From positions 32,001-96,000 of IMG/VR virus record IMGVR_UViG_2974597873_000001: a stretch of 64,000 nt of DNA. One strand, written 5' to 3'. The translations under genes and the position numbers were made by a program. Below the pieces are notes generated by a model. It worked only from the letters and a program-made list of their open reading frames with translations, searched no databases and was not told where the DNA came from. Positions within the stretch are counted from its first letter, which is position 1; each line of letters begins with the position of its first letter. This DNA is from a virus. Its lineage: Duplodnaviria; Caudoviricetes. This document shows positions 7,967 to 17,239 of this stretch, in pieces.

Positions 7967-10039
7967 TCACTCCTTGGCATCCGACCACCTGTCACAGACA
8001 GCCACGTCACCGACGTCCAGAGGAACGCCAATGAGATCCTGAATTTCTGAACCCAGCATAGCCTGACGGAGAAGAGCACTACCAACACTAACACGCTCTT
8101 CCGGACAGGTGAGAACCAGTTCATCGTGTACTGAAAGGATGAGCTGAATTTCCTTACCCGGATTCTCCTTTGCGTCTTCCTTGAGAAGTTCGTGCAGACG
8201 CACCATGGCAAGCTTGATGATGTCACCAAGACTGCCCTGAATCAGGCTATTAAAGAGCTGTCGCTCCGCTCGCCACACCTTCCACTGCTCGTCCCGGTTG
8301 GTCACGTGAAGATCCCACACACGGCGGATGCGACCCATGATGGTCTTGATGTGAGGAATCTCACGGCTCTTGGCCTTCTTGATAACCGCAGCCTTGAACG
8401 CGTAGATCTCCGGGAAAGCCACACGGTGATTCGCAAGGAGTTCCTTGGCCTCATCGATAGTCATACCCAGCATGGACGCCACCTTATCCGGACCCGCACC
8501 GTAAACGATAGCGAAGTTCAGAGTCTTAGCAGCAGAACGCATCCACTTGTTCTCGTCACGCTTGAAGTACTTAGGATCTGCCTTGAATTCCTCCATCTTC
8601 CCGAACACCAGCGCAGCAGTCTGCGTGTGTGCGTCAATGCCTGCCTGGAAACCGTCGTAGAGACCACCGTGACCGATGTACGAAGCCAGGATACGAAGCT
8701 CCATCTGACCATAGTCAGCCACGAGAAGCTTGTAACCCTTAGGCGCACGGAACAGACCACGTACCTTCTTACCCAGCTCCGTGTTAGGTGCCGGAATGTT
8801 CTGAAGGTTCGGAGCACGGGATGAGAATCGTCCCGACACCGTTCCGTACTGTACCAGATCAGTATGGATACGTCCATTGAAGATCAGGCACGGCTTCTTA
8901 ATCGGATCATCCGGATCACCCAGGTAACCACGAACGTAGGTGCTGCGAAGCTTACTGACTTCCGCGTAGGCAAGGAGTTGCTTTACCAGCTCGTTGTCAT
9001 GGAAATCCTCAAGCGCTTCCTGATCTGTGGACCAGGAATAGATATCCGGCTTGAAGCTAGGGTCTTTCTTCTTCTTGTCCTTCGCAGTCTTTGTCAGCTT
9101 GGTAGGCTTAAGACCCTGTCCTCCATCCTTCTTAAATCCATAAAGGATTTCCTGCTTTTGCTTAGGGGAATTGATATTGAATTGCTTCTTAGCCGCTCGA
9201 TAAACAAGCGTTTCAATTTCCACCAGCCGCTGAGTAAGAGCCTGGTCAAGTTCCTGAATCGCCTGAGCGTCCACAGGAGCGCCGATCAAACCCATGTCGC
9301 AGCAGACTGGCGTTACCGCCTCCTCAAGCTCTCTGATGCCCGACAGACCCTGTTCCTGACACCACTCATCGAAACGCTTCCAGAGCAGCCACGTGTACTT
9401 AGCGTCCAGCAGTGCGTACCGAGCCACCACGTTGAACGGGTGCGCCTCAATGCACTTACCAACCTCCTCCTTGTCGTAGTCCACGTTGTAGTACCACTTG
9501 GTAAGAGTCTTGAGACCCTTGTCACGAGGAGCCTTACGGCTGAAGTTCTCCGTGGTGCCGATGTTCTCATCGAGAAGCCACTGAAGAACAATGGAATCAG
9601 ACATCGGACCATAAGGAATATCACCGAAGTGCTTAGCCACAGAGATGAAGTCGAACGTGGCATTGTGCGCAATCTTCATCCGATTGGAGAAGAACAGAGG
9701 ACGAAGGGCATCGAATACCTGAGACGGACGGAGCTGCGCCGGAGGAGCATCAAATTCCGGAGCGATGTTCTCGAACTTACCGGTCTCCTTATTCTTGAAG
9801 CGCTTCTTTCCATCCTTATTCAGGTGGACATTACCATTCGGGTGTCCCATCGGAATAACAATGGCACGACCATAAGTCGCCATGGAAATCCACACCACAC
9901 GATTCTGTGTGGGAATGCCTCGCGTACCCTCTCCCTCAGGTCCCGGCATAGTTTCCGTGTCCCAAGCAAAGGCATCGAACTGAAGGAAGTACTCTACCTC
10001 CTCCCGAAGCTGCTCGATAGTCGTTACAAGCCCTTCCAT
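7967..10039 (-). CDS. polA: family A DNA polymerase with 3'-5' exonuclease domain
   Basis: DTET, AHNATFD, YALLD exo motifs; SGRFSSRAPNLQN, DYGQMELR, KTLNFAIVYG, VHDE; GAGGAGG RBS before ATG 10039. Confidence 0.95.
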   Translation of the reverse strand: MEGLVTTIEQLREEVEYFLQFDAFAWDTETMPGPEGEGTRGIPTQNRVVWISMATYGRAIVIPMGHPNGNVHLNKDGKKRFKNKETGKFENIAPEFDAPPAQLRPSQVFDALRPLFFSNRMKIAHNATFDFISVAKHFGDIPYGPMSDSIVLQWLLDENIGTTENFSRKAPRDKGLKTLTKWYYNVDYDKEEVGKCIEAHPFNVVARYALLDAKYTWLLWKRFDEWCQEQGLSGIRELEEAVTPVCCDMGLIGAPVDAQAIQELDQALTQRLVEIETLVYRAAKKQFNINSPKQKQEILYGFKKDGGQGLKPTKLTKTAKDKKKKDPSFKPDIYSWSTDQEALEDFHDNELVKQLLAYAEVSKLRSTYVRGYLGDPDDPIKKPCLIFNGRIHTDLVQYGTVSGRFSSRAPNLQNIPAPNTELGKKVRGLFRAPKGYKLLVADYGQMELRILASYIGHGGLYDGFQAGIDAHTQTAALVFGKMEEFKADPKYFKRDENKWMRSAAKTLNFAIVYGAGPDKVASMLGMTIDEAKELLANHRVAFPEIYAFKAAVIKKAKSREIPHIKTIMGRIRRVWDLHVTNRDEQWKVWRAERQLFNSLIQGSLGDIIKLAMVRLHELLKEDAKENPGKEIQLILSVHDELVLTCPEERVSVGSALLRQAMLGSEIQDLIGVPLDVGDVAVCDRWSDAKE

Positions 10040-10062
10040 ACTTACCTCCTCTTGATATGACA

Positions 10063-10107
10063 ACACCCTCTGCACGAAATGTATCATGCAGAGGGTGTGT
10101 CTGTCTA
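10063..10107 (-). promoter_or_regulatory. hairpin-embedded promoter (TAGACA-18-TACATT) for DNA polymerase
   Basis: 15-bp stem with 1 G-U whose 6-nt loop (10078-10083) is exactly the -10 hexamer. Confidence 0.7.
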
Positions 10108-10108
10108 A

Positions 10109-10813
10109 CTACAGGTTACGAGCAAGCTCTTCCAGCTTATCCAGGAAGGGAGAGAAGACCGAAGTCTCATCATAACGCTTGGACGCTGCCTCGATCTCGT
10201 ACTCAGTCAGGGGCTCGATACCGAAATCATCCTGAACGTCACGTGCCTTGATCGGCATAACGTTAGTGGTCTTACGCCCCGTGTTACCGTCAGTGGACTG
10301 GTAGATTTCCCAGTACCACTTCTCGTCGTTAAGGGACGGGTAACGACCCGTGGGGTCCTGAAGGAACGAGATGAGCTTGTTCTTGACCTCAGTACCGAAG
10401 GTGTAGGTGTGAACCTCGTACTCACCCGCATTGTTAGGGTTCGCCGTAAGGTCAAGGACGTTCATAAGGAACGCCTGACCCGGACGGTGATCCTTGTCGC
10501 ACAGAGGGCAAGAATCCTCAGTACCGAGAGAGACCGGGCAGTTACTGTAACCCTTGCCCTGAATCCAGTGGCGGGAGAAGCGAACAACCGGCTCCTCATC
10601 CAGGAACTTGATCAGACGACGACCATTACGAAGATCCAGGAACGGTGCCTTCTCTGTCTTACGCGTGCTCTGGGAGCTGGAATTGCCCCAGCCACTTCCC
10701 ACAGCCTTGGAGCGAATCGAACGAGAAGCGCTGCGCTCCTGCGTCGGCTCAGTCTCCGGAGCCTCGTTGTCGGTCTCAACGTTGTTGTTAACCGGGCGAC
10801 GACGAACAGCCAT
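10109..10813 (-). CDS. single-stranded DNA-binding protein (gp32-like)
   Basis: IKFLD...HW...NCP...CPLC Zn motif, acidic C-terminal part, upstream of polymerase. Confidence 0.65.
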   Translation of the reverse strand: MAVRRRPVNNNVETDNEAPETEPTQERSASRSIRSKAVGSGWGNSSSQSTRKTEKAPFLDLRNGRRLIKFLDEEPVVRFSRHWIQGKGYSNCPVSLGTEDSCPLCDKDHRPGQAFLMNVLDLTANPNNAGEYEVHTYTFGTEVKNKLISFLQDPTGRYPSLNDEKWYWEIYQSTDGNTGRKTTNVMPIKARDVQDDFGIEPLTEYEIEAASKRYDETSVFSPFLDKLEELARNL

Positions 10814-10900
10814 GTTTTCTCCTAAGTTGTTTCTATATGCCGTGCGGACTTCCGATGTCCGCTGGGGTGTTTACTATCTTACCCTGTCACACTGACAAGG

Positions 10901-11281
10901 TCAATCCTGCGGAGACTCAACAATCAGATGGATGAAGGTTCCATCCTTGTCCCCGCGCACAGTGCTCTTGTGTACCGTAAGAGCCGCAGCCATCTCAAGC
11001 TCAGGAGCAAGAGCAGCGTACACCTTGTCCCACAGGTACGCAACCTGTGCTTCCTCGTCACCATCAGCCGCAAAGCGTGCCTTGGTGGAGGCGAAGGAGG
11101 ACTTGTTCTCAAAGTTCCCCAGGTTCACCTGGAAGGATGAAGATACTACGATCTCCACCTCATTATCAAGTGGTGTGATCTTAGCAGCAGTGTTCAGGAT
11201 GCTCGGTTCAGCGTCCGGAACAGCTCCGTTGCTCTCGTCGTGAACTGCGTCTCCACGAGTCTTCGTCCTTTGTGCGGCCAT
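10901..11281 (-). CDS. hypothetical protein
   Basis: GAGGGAG RBS before ATG 11281; VNLGNFE motif. Confidence 0.65.
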   Translation of the reverse strand: MAAQRTKTRGDAVHDESNGAVPDAEPSILNTAAKITPLDNEVEIVVSSSFQVNLGNFENKSSFASTKARFAADGDEEAQVAYLWDKVYAALAPELEMAAALTVHKSTVRGDKDGTFIHLIVESPQD

Positions 11282-11634
11282 AGTACTCCCTCTTCCTTTG
11301 CGATCCGGATCAACCCCTCAACCATAGCACGGGAATACATTCTTCGCACCCCGCGCGGATCAGAGCTTGGCTTCTTGTAAGGCGACTTGGGAAGTGTACC
11401 TTCCTTCTCCCAAGCGCGCAACGTGTTGGGGCTTCTGTTCCCCAAAGCACGGGCGAGAGCGCCGATGGTGAAGAACTCTACCTCCTTACCCTTGAGGGTA
11501 AAGATCTGAGGCTTGTCGTCCCATCGGTCACTCTCGTCTGATTGTGCCTGTCTGATGCTGTCGATGTCAAGAGGAGTCGTTGACCCCGGAAAGACCTTGC
11601 TGAATGCTTGGTCTATCGATTCCGTACTGGTCAA
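11194..11634 (-). CDS. MerR-like HTH DNA-binding protein
   Basis: FTIGALARAL..SPNTLRAWEKEG.LP...R.YS; TTG start after GGAG. Confidence 0.8.
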   Translation of the reverse strand: MTSTESIDQAFSKVFPGSTTPLDIDSIRQAQSDESDRWDDKPQIFTLKGKEVEFFTIGALARALGNRSPNTLRAWEKEGTLPKSPYKKPSSDPRGVRRMYSRAMVEGLIRIAKEEGVLWPHKGRRLVETQFTTRATELFRTLNRAS

Positions 11635-11797
11635 GTAGCTTCTCCAAATAATCGATTGTTGTCTTTTCTCCTCGCTGGACTCCCAATTCATACGCTGCCT
11701 GAACAATGTCCTGAATGAATTGGAATTCCTGCGGCATATCTCTGGCTAGTGCCTGAAGATTCTCCGGTAGCTTACTGTATTTCTGTGCGTCCGTCAA
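11567..11797 (-). CDS. hypothetical protein
   Basis: GGAGG RBS before TTG; overlaps both neighbours. Confidence 0.55.
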   Translation of the reverse strand: MTDAQKYSKLPENLQALARDMPQEFQFIQDIVQAAYELGVQRGEKTTIDYLEKLLDQYGIDRPSIQQGLSGVNDSS

Positions 11798-12026
11798 TGG
11801 CCTCCACCACCCAGTTGATAGCCTCCGCAGAATTACCCGCTACACGCCACACAGTGACGTCCTCAGGGCGATCCTCGTAAGACTTGTAATCATACACCTC
11901 AGCCCAGCCGTGAGGAGTCTGGAGCTGCCACTCAGCAAGCACCTTATCAGGATCTCCTTCCTGATGTGGGCCGAATGCCTTGACGATCTCCTCGTAAGAG
12001 GTATGAACAGTAGCACGGTCTACCAT
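11772..12026 (-). CDS. hypothetical protein
   Basis: FGP...GDPDKV..EW...VYDYK...W.V.G conserved-looking phage motif. Confidence 0.7.
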   Translation of the reverse strand: MVDRATVHTSYEEIVKAFGPHQEGDPDKVLAEWQLQTPHGWAEVYDYKSYEDRPEDVTVWRVAGNSAEAINWVVEAIDGRTEIQ

Positions 12027-12250
12027 GTGGAAACCCTCGCATCCTCTACGCTGAGATCACGCATGATCTGCTCAGAGATCTCGTAGTCGTAATCCGAAAG
12101 GATCTTAGTCCACAGCTCCTCAGAAACCTCATCGTTACCACGCTTCTCAGCGTCTACGATCTGCTCCCAAAGATCTCCTAGCTTGTCGTCAAGCTCCAGC
12201 ACGACACTGCTCGGCGTCCAAACACTGAGTCTCAGAAATTCCTTAGCCAT
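12020..12250 (-). CDS. hypothetical protein
   Basis: Coupled ORF, acidic. Confidence 0.65.
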   Translation of the reverse strand: MAKEFLRLSVWTPSSVVLELDDKLGDLWEQIVDAEKRGNDEVSEELWTKILSDYDYEISEQIMRDLSVEDARVSTW

Positions 12251-12504
12251 TAAACCCTCTTCCCGTAGTACTTGTCAATGCTGTAGTGGTCCAGGAGATC
12301 AACTTCTCCTTCAAACATCATGCCATGAGTAGGGGGAGCAGCCTGTACGCACTTGACGACATAGTACTGCTCCCCCGTATCAGGGTCAAGCCAGCTCTGC
12401 ATGATCTCAATGATGCACGGTCGAACATGTTCGAACCGTTCGTACTCGTCGGAGAACTTGTCACCGATACTGAACACTTCGTCGGACCTTACAGAACTGT
12501 GCAT
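12250..12504 (-). CDS. hypothetical protein
   Basis: AAGGAGTAGG RBS. Confidence 0.65.
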   Translation of the reverse strand: MHSSVRSDEVFSIGDKFSDEYERFEHVRPCIIEIMQSWLDPDTGEQYYVVKCVQAAPPTHGMMFEGEVDLLDHYSIDKYYGKRV

Positions 12505-12514
12505 GACCTACTCC

Positions 12515-13093
12515 TTAATCGTGGCTGTATTCTTCTTGGAGTACACGCGTAGGAGTAATAACCACCTGCGTGTGATCACCAAACTTAGAACGAAGAGCAT
12601 CCTCAAATTCCACGGACTGGAGAGGAATATCCAAGTCCTTGACATTCGGGGTATCAGGGTGGTCGTAGGAATGGTCTACGAAGTCGTACAGACCCTCCTG
12701 TAGCTCTCGGTAGTACCTGACCGTACCATCATCTTCCTCGGACTTGCGATAGTCCGTCCAGCGCTCTCCCGCGTTCAGCTCGTACGCTTCCTTGGTGACG
12801 TTAACCTCATACTCCTCGTGGAAGTTAAAGTTCACCCAGTTCTCAGCAACCTCTGGATTGGAGGTGACAGAAACTTCGTGCACGCTGAACTCACAAACAT
12901 CTCCGTCCATGAAGTAAGGGGTGTACTGCTGCCATGTGATGGCCTTAACACCCTTCTCCCACACAGCATCCAGGTAAGGCTTCAGCTCAGAAATAGGACG
13001 AGGAGTGTAATTGCGCTCCCGCCACGAACTATAACGCTCACCCTCTACTGGAATCCCTAGGAACTCTCTCACGTCGTTGTTGGATGTAGTCAT
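12515..13093 (-). CDS. acidic hypothetical protein
   Basis: W.QYTPYF.DGD.CEF motif; ATGA-coupled to upstream gene. Confidence 0.75.
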   Translation of the reverse strand: MTTSNNDVREFLGIPVEGERYSSWRERNYTPRPISELKPYLDAVWEKGVKAITWQQYTPYFMDGDVCEFSVHEVSVTSNPEVAENWVNFNFHEEYEVNVTKEAYELNAGERWTDYRKSEEDDGTVRYYRELQEGLYDFVDHSYDHPDTPNVKDLDIPLQSVEFEDALRSKFGDHTQVVITPTRVLQEEYSHD

Positions 13094-13476
13094 TCGTTGC
13101 CTCCGAATACGCTTTCGTAATTACCGATTTCCTTACGCAGTCCACCAGACATCCAATCTGCATCTTCTACGTTAATGCGCTTAAGATAATCTGCGGGGCT
13201 CGGAAGCCACCCCAGATCCTCCATGATGTGCCGCTCAGCAATGAGCCTTACAGGCACTTCTACCGTCCCGTGGCCGTTCTTCTTGGCCACGTGGATAACC
13301 CTGCCAAAGATCTGCTGACACAGCCACACGCCTTCTGTGTGATGGTATACAGCACGATGACGAACGTCCCCGAAGATTTTCTTGGACGAGTCAATGAACT
13401 CCTCGATCTCAATGTAATCCTCAGGAACACCTCCCCACTTCTTGGCAGCGGACTTAGCGTGATGCCAAGAATTCAT
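13090..13476 (-). CDS. His-rich protein, DUF6915-like
   Basis: HAKS..KWGG..EDY....FIDSSK....D.RHRA.YHH..G...IFG...AERH..EDLG..PS..DY. Confidence 0.7.
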   Translation of the reverse strand: MNSWHHAKSAAKKWGGVPEDYIEIEEFIDSSKKIFGDVRHRAVYHHTEGVWLCQQIFGRVIHVAKKNGHGTVEVPVRLIAERHIMEDLGWLPSPADYLKRINVEDADWMSGGLRKEIGNYESVFGGNE

Positions 13477-13640
13477 TAGCCGAACCTCAGCTCTTCCTCA
13501 TCCGGTACGTAGACGGACATTTCTACAAGATTCAGAGATACAAAACGTGTCCCTGCTTCGTAGCAATCACTGTCCTCTACGGAATTGATTCCGTAGACCT
13601 TTCCGTCCAGAATTACCCAGCCTCTAAAGGAGTCCGTCAA
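13476..13640 (-). CDS. hypothetical protein
   Basis: GAGGAG before TTG 13640; TAATG coupling downstream. Confidence 0.5.
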   Translation of the reverse strand: MTDSFRGWVILDGKVYGINSVEDSDCYEAGTRFVSLNLVEMSVYVPDEEELRFG

Positions 13641-14022
13641 CGTCCACTCCTCTGTGAGCAAGCCAGATCTTGTACTGATCGATGGTGTTCACGATCACAC
13701 GATGGTTGACAGCGAAGCAGTTGAAAGGATTCAGTGCCCCGCAATCTCCGTGCTCGAACACCTCGTGTACCGCACGAGCAGGATCACGCATACTCATGGG
13801 CCAAGGGATCTCCGTAGTGGACTTGGACGACTCAGCCTCAGCCGCATACTCCTTGGCGCAGACCTCAATGAAGTGATCCCTTACGCGCTCAGAGAAGCTG
13901 AGATCACACATGACGTCATCCACGATGGTAACCAGCTCGAAAGCCAGATCCTCACCGCGAGTAACGATTTCGTCCACGAACTGATATGGATCGATCTCAG
14001 CCTCTACGGCAATGTTATACAT
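13624..14022 (-). CDS. hypothetical protein
   Basis: ORF in tightly packed operon. Confidence 0.7.
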   Translation of the reverse strand: MYNIAVEAEIDPYQFVDEIVTRGEDLAFELVTIVDDVMCDLSFSERVRDHFIEVCAKEYAAEAESSKSTTEIPWPMSMRDPARAVHEVFEHGDCGALNPFNCFAVNHRVIVNTIDQYKIWLAHRGVDVDGLL

Positions 14023-14284
14023 CTACCCATTCCTCCCTGGTTACTGGACGCTTAACTACCTTGGTCAGTGTCGTCGTGTCGTCACCGTAGCCATCGTTAA
14101 AGGAGTTGTAGTCCTGACTTTCCGTCGCACCATCCTCCCAGTAGATAGCCCAGTGTTCATCCTTGTAAATGACAATGGACTTGTAGCAGATACCCCAACG
14201 GGTACGCTCTTCCATGATGTCCTCTACGGAATCCCAGACTAGTTCTTGTGCTTCCTCCGAAGGTAGCTCGATTGTAATTGCCAT
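14015..14284 (-). CDS. hypothetical protein
   Basis: RW...IV...W..GATESQD motif typical of small phage proteins. Confidence 0.7.
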   Translation of the reverse strand: MAITIELPSEEAQELVWDSVEDIMEERTRWGICYKSIVIYKDEHWAIYWEDGATESQDYNSFNDGYGDDTTTLTKVVKRPVTREEWVDV

Positions 14285-14307
14285 GCACCCTCATTTCTAG
14301 TAGTCCA

Positions 14308-14338
14308 TAACCGAATCGCTACGAGAGCGACCCGATTA
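14308..14338 (-). terminator. intrinsic hairpin (no U-tract)
   Basis: TAATCGGGTCGCT-CTCGT-AGCGATTCGGTTA stem with G-U pairs just after stop of 14346..14780. Confidence 0.55.
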
Positions 14339-14345
14339 AAGCTCA

Positions 14346-14780
14346 CTAGCAACCGTTGGAAATGTACGGAAGATCTGAAATGTTCGTACCCTCAGGCAGA
14401 ACACTGAACTTGTCGTACGTGAACTTCTCCACACGGAACCACTTGTCGTCAGCGTTCGCATCACCCTTGACATTGTCAAGCTCGATGCACCACTTCTCAC
14501 CGGAGACAAGACGCTTGTAGGATTCCGTACGAGTGCCGACCTTGACATCCTTGCATGTGTTCTTAGTGGTGGAGCCAGTCTTCGTCTTGACAGTCTCAGA
14601 CTTACACTGACGTTGCTTGACGTCAACCGTACGCGTGTCCTTCTTGTACACCGCAGCGACGTGCTTGACATCATCACGATCACCAGACACATGCTGTACG
14701 GCAGCGCCACCGCAGGCCACGAGCATAGCACCAACGGCCAGACCAAGTCCAGCCTTAACAAGCATCTCCCGCGAGTTCAT
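14346..14780 (-). CDS. lipoprotein
   Basis: Signal peptide with LVAC lipobox; Cys pairs in Lys/Thr-rich domain. Confidence 0.75.
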   Translation of the reverse strand: MNSREMLVKAGLGLAVGAMLVACGGAAVQHVSGDRDDVKHVAAVYKKDTRTVDVKQRQCKSETVKTKTGSTTKNTCKDVKVGTRTESYKRLVSGEKWCIELDNVKGDANADDKWFRVEKFTYDKFSVLPEGTNISDLPYISNGC

Positions 14781-14792
14781 GTCTCCCCTTTG

Positions 14793-15209
14793 TTAGTCGC
14801 TGATGGGCGTGAATGCCCAGGTTACTTTCTCATCGAAGAAGCTGTCAAACACTTCCTGAGGAATGAACTCGTTGACGAACAAGTCCCACAGACCATCTTG
14901 GTCGATGCGCGGAGTCTTGTCAAGAGCAGCCTCAAAAGCCTGATCACTCATCAAGAATTCCAGCGTGCGTTCCTCATTGAGAGTACGACTTACCTTCTTC
15001 GTGTACTGCAATGTCGGGTACACCTTACCACCCGACTGTACGGGGTTGTCAAGGTCGATCACCTTAGATCCCGCAGCGTTCTCACGAGCGGAATTCAGAT
15101 AAGGCTTCAACTCCTCCTTGACATCCTCCATCTCTTTCTTTACAGCGTTGGCCTCTTCACGAAGAGCCAAGTATCTGGCTAGCTTCGTACGTACTACTAG
15201 GTCACTCAA
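14793..15209 (-). CDS. hypothetical coiled-coil protein
   Basis: GGGAG before TTG; N-terminal coiled coil, ends WAFTP. Confidence 0.7.
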   Translation of the reverse strand: MSDLVVRTKLARYLALREEANAVKKEMEDVKEELKPYLNSARENAAGSKVIDLDNPVQSGGKVYPTLQYTKKVSRTLNEERTLEFLMSDQAFEAALDKTPRIDQDGLWDLFVNEFIPQEVFDSFFDEKVTWAFTPISD

Positions 15210-15648
15210 GGTAGTCTCCCTCATGAGTCAATGATGTGGGCTCATAGAGGGAAAGAATCTCCTTGGCCCATCTTACTTTATCTTCAACCCTCTGTCCACT
15301 GGGCTGAGACTTGGACCACAACTCTAGATTCTCAGGACGATTGTCATCCTTGATTCCGTTCTTGTGATGCACATTCTCTTCAGCAGTTAGAGGTCTGCCA
15401 AGTTGCTCAGACATAATCAATACATGCTCAAACATCCTGCCATTCCTCCATGAATTAGGATGGTCGTGCTGGTATGGAACCACCACGTAGCCATCCTTGT
15501 TCACGTACGGCTGGGCTTCACCATCAGCAGCATACTTCTTGCTGCCTGCGTCACCCGTTCTATACCACTGCTGGTAGTGCTTGGCACAGTAGCCCTTGGC
15601 AGAATGCGCTCTGTCGCAACTCTTGACAGAACACTTTCTTTTAGTCAT
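15202..15648 (-). CDS. HNH homing endonuclease
   Basis: CSV..C...A.GYC..HY Zn finger; EH..IM..LGR.L...E.VHHKNG.KDDNRPENLELW. Confidence 0.9.
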   Translation of the reverse strand: MTKRKCSVKSCDRAHSAKGYCAKHYQQWYRTGDAGSKKYAADGEAQPYVNKDGYVVVPYQHDHPNSWRNGRMFEHVLIMSEQLGRPLTAEENVHHKNGIKDDNRPENLELWSKSQPSGQRVEDKVRWAKEILSLYEPTSLTHEGDYLE

Positions 15649-15655
15649 AGGACTA

Positions 15656-17239
15656 TTATACCTTGTTTTCCAGATAGTCTTCTAGGAACTTGGTCAAACT
15701 TCGGGCGGTATTCTCTACCTTACCATACCGGTCTGACCCTCGCCCAGCCAGCACAGCACTGCCCACACGATTCTTGAAGTCCAGCTTGGCGCCTTGGTAT
15801 TCCTCGATACTACCAGCCACGATCAGATTGTCAATGTACACCTTGCGGAACACTGACGAAGCCCTGACATGCCTGCCATTCCGTTGTTTGAGAGCACCAG
15901 AAGACAGAGGTCTGTCGTAGTTGATCAGGTGAGAAGCCATATAAAGATCCACACCATAGCCTCCGGCATCTGATGATAGAAAGAGACGAGTCTCTGGATC
16001 TTTTCCGAACTGCTCAATTGCATCAGCGCGTTCTTTACCATTCATTCCTCCATGGAATTGCACTGAACCATATTGATTTAGCTTCTCTGCCAGCAAAGGA
16101 ATGATTCCCTTGAATCTGACAAAGACAATTACCTTATGGAGCGGGTCCTCTTCCAGGTACTCCGTCACTACATCCAAGCAAGCCTCTAGCTTAGCCCCGT
16201 AGGAGCCCTCAGGCAGCAATCTCCCGGCCTCTAGAAGCTGGTAGGCGTACTTGGACCCATGCTTCACTTCAGGGTCGGCATAAGCCTCTCCAGAGGATCG
16301 GAGAAGCGATGGATCGTCAAGGAGTAGGTGAAGCGCGAGGAGACGAGACGTGATACGTCCAGTACTGGAATCCACGTCGGCCCCATCACCGCCCTCATAG
16401 TATCGAGCGAGGTCCAAGGAGACCGATGGTCCCGCCATACGAAGTTCGGCCAAGAGGTCTGCTGCGATGTAGTCATACAACTCCTTAGTCTCATCGTCCA
16501 TGTCAATAAGGACGTCGAATTCTTCTGCGGTCGGCATGAATTCAGCAACCCCAGGATCATCCCTGCGCTTATTCACACAAGCTGTCATAAGCCTTGCGTG
16601 CAATTCAGGAACGTTCTTGTATTTGGTAACCAAATTCGTATAAGCATTTCGTTCTATGTAACGCGCGTCAAAGGAATGCCAAGGCCCGAATACATCCGAG
16701 TCAATCCATTCCATGATGGAGAATACTTCCTCCGCCTTCCCATTTTCAATAGGCTCTGCCGTCAAGCCGATCCGGTACAGTGTACGCACATCGTTCTTGA
16801 TCGTCTTCGTCTGCTGTGGTCGGAAGTTCTTGATGCATGTCACCTCGTCCACCAAGGCTAGCTCAGGCTTGAGTGCCTTGACAAACCACGTATCCGAAAC
16901 GACTTGTCGGATACCCATGATGACGTAGGCTGGTCTGTTCTCCAGCGCTGCCTCATAGGCTACCTTACGCTTGGCTGGTGTCAAGGACCCGTCGATCACC
17001 ACCACATGTTCCTGGTCTGTGAAGTCCTTGATTCGATTTGCCCACTGGACTGTAAGCGAACTGCTCATGATGAGCAAGGCGCACGATACGTTGCCAATGT
17101 CCCTCAGATGCTCAATGGCATGGAGGGATACTACAGTCTTTCCGGTCCCCAGATCCAAAGCCAAAAGCGCCCGCCCCCGATTAGTAATCAGGTCGGACGC
17201 TTCGAGCTGGTAGGGCCGAAGCTCTCCCAAAAATGTCAT
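15656..17239 (-). CDS. SNF2-like superfamily 2 helicase
   Basis: DLGTGKT, VDEV, GLTAEP.EN, DAGGYGVDL, QRNGRH.R. Confidence 0.88.
   Translation of the reverse strand: MTFLGELRPYQLEASDLITNRGRALLALDLGTGKTVVSLHAIEHLRDIGNVSCALLIMSSSLTVQWANRIKDFTDQEHVVVIDGSLTPAKRKVAYEAALENRPAYVIMGIRQVVSDTWFVKALKPELALVDEVTCIKNFRPQQTKTIKNDVRTLYRIGLTAEPIENGKAEEVFSIMEWIDSDVFGPWHSFDARYIERNAYTNLVTKYKNVPELHARLMTACVNKRRDDPGVAEFMPTAEEFDVLIDMDDETKELYDYIAADLLAELRMAGPSVSLDLARYYEGGDGADVDSSTGRITSRLLALHLLLDDPSLLRSSGEAYADPEVKHGSKYAYQLLEAGRLLPEGSYGAKLEACLDVVTEYLEEDPLHKVIVFVRFKGIIPLLAEKLNQYGSVQFHGGMNGKERADAIEQFGKDPETRLFLSSDAGGYGVDLYMASHLINYDRPLSSGALKQRNGRHVRASSVFRKVYIDNLIVAGSIEEYQGAKLDFKNRVGSAVLAGRGSDRYGKVENTARSLTKFLEDYLENKV

Noticed and set aside
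5444-10039. Inteins or introns in RNR and polymerase (also checked terminase and helicases)
   Set aside because: The ORFs are continuous, of normal length, with no splice-junction or LAGLIDADG motifs seen
10040-10087. N-terminal extension of DNA polymerase
   Set aside because: It overlaps the promoter hairpin; GAGGAGG precedes ATG 10039
10870-10898. Another hairpin-promoter cassette upstream of SSB (TTGTCA after stop); similarly TTGACA at 27483-27488
   Set aside because: The -35 and a short stem are present but there is no convincing -10 at 17-18 nt, so they were not counted
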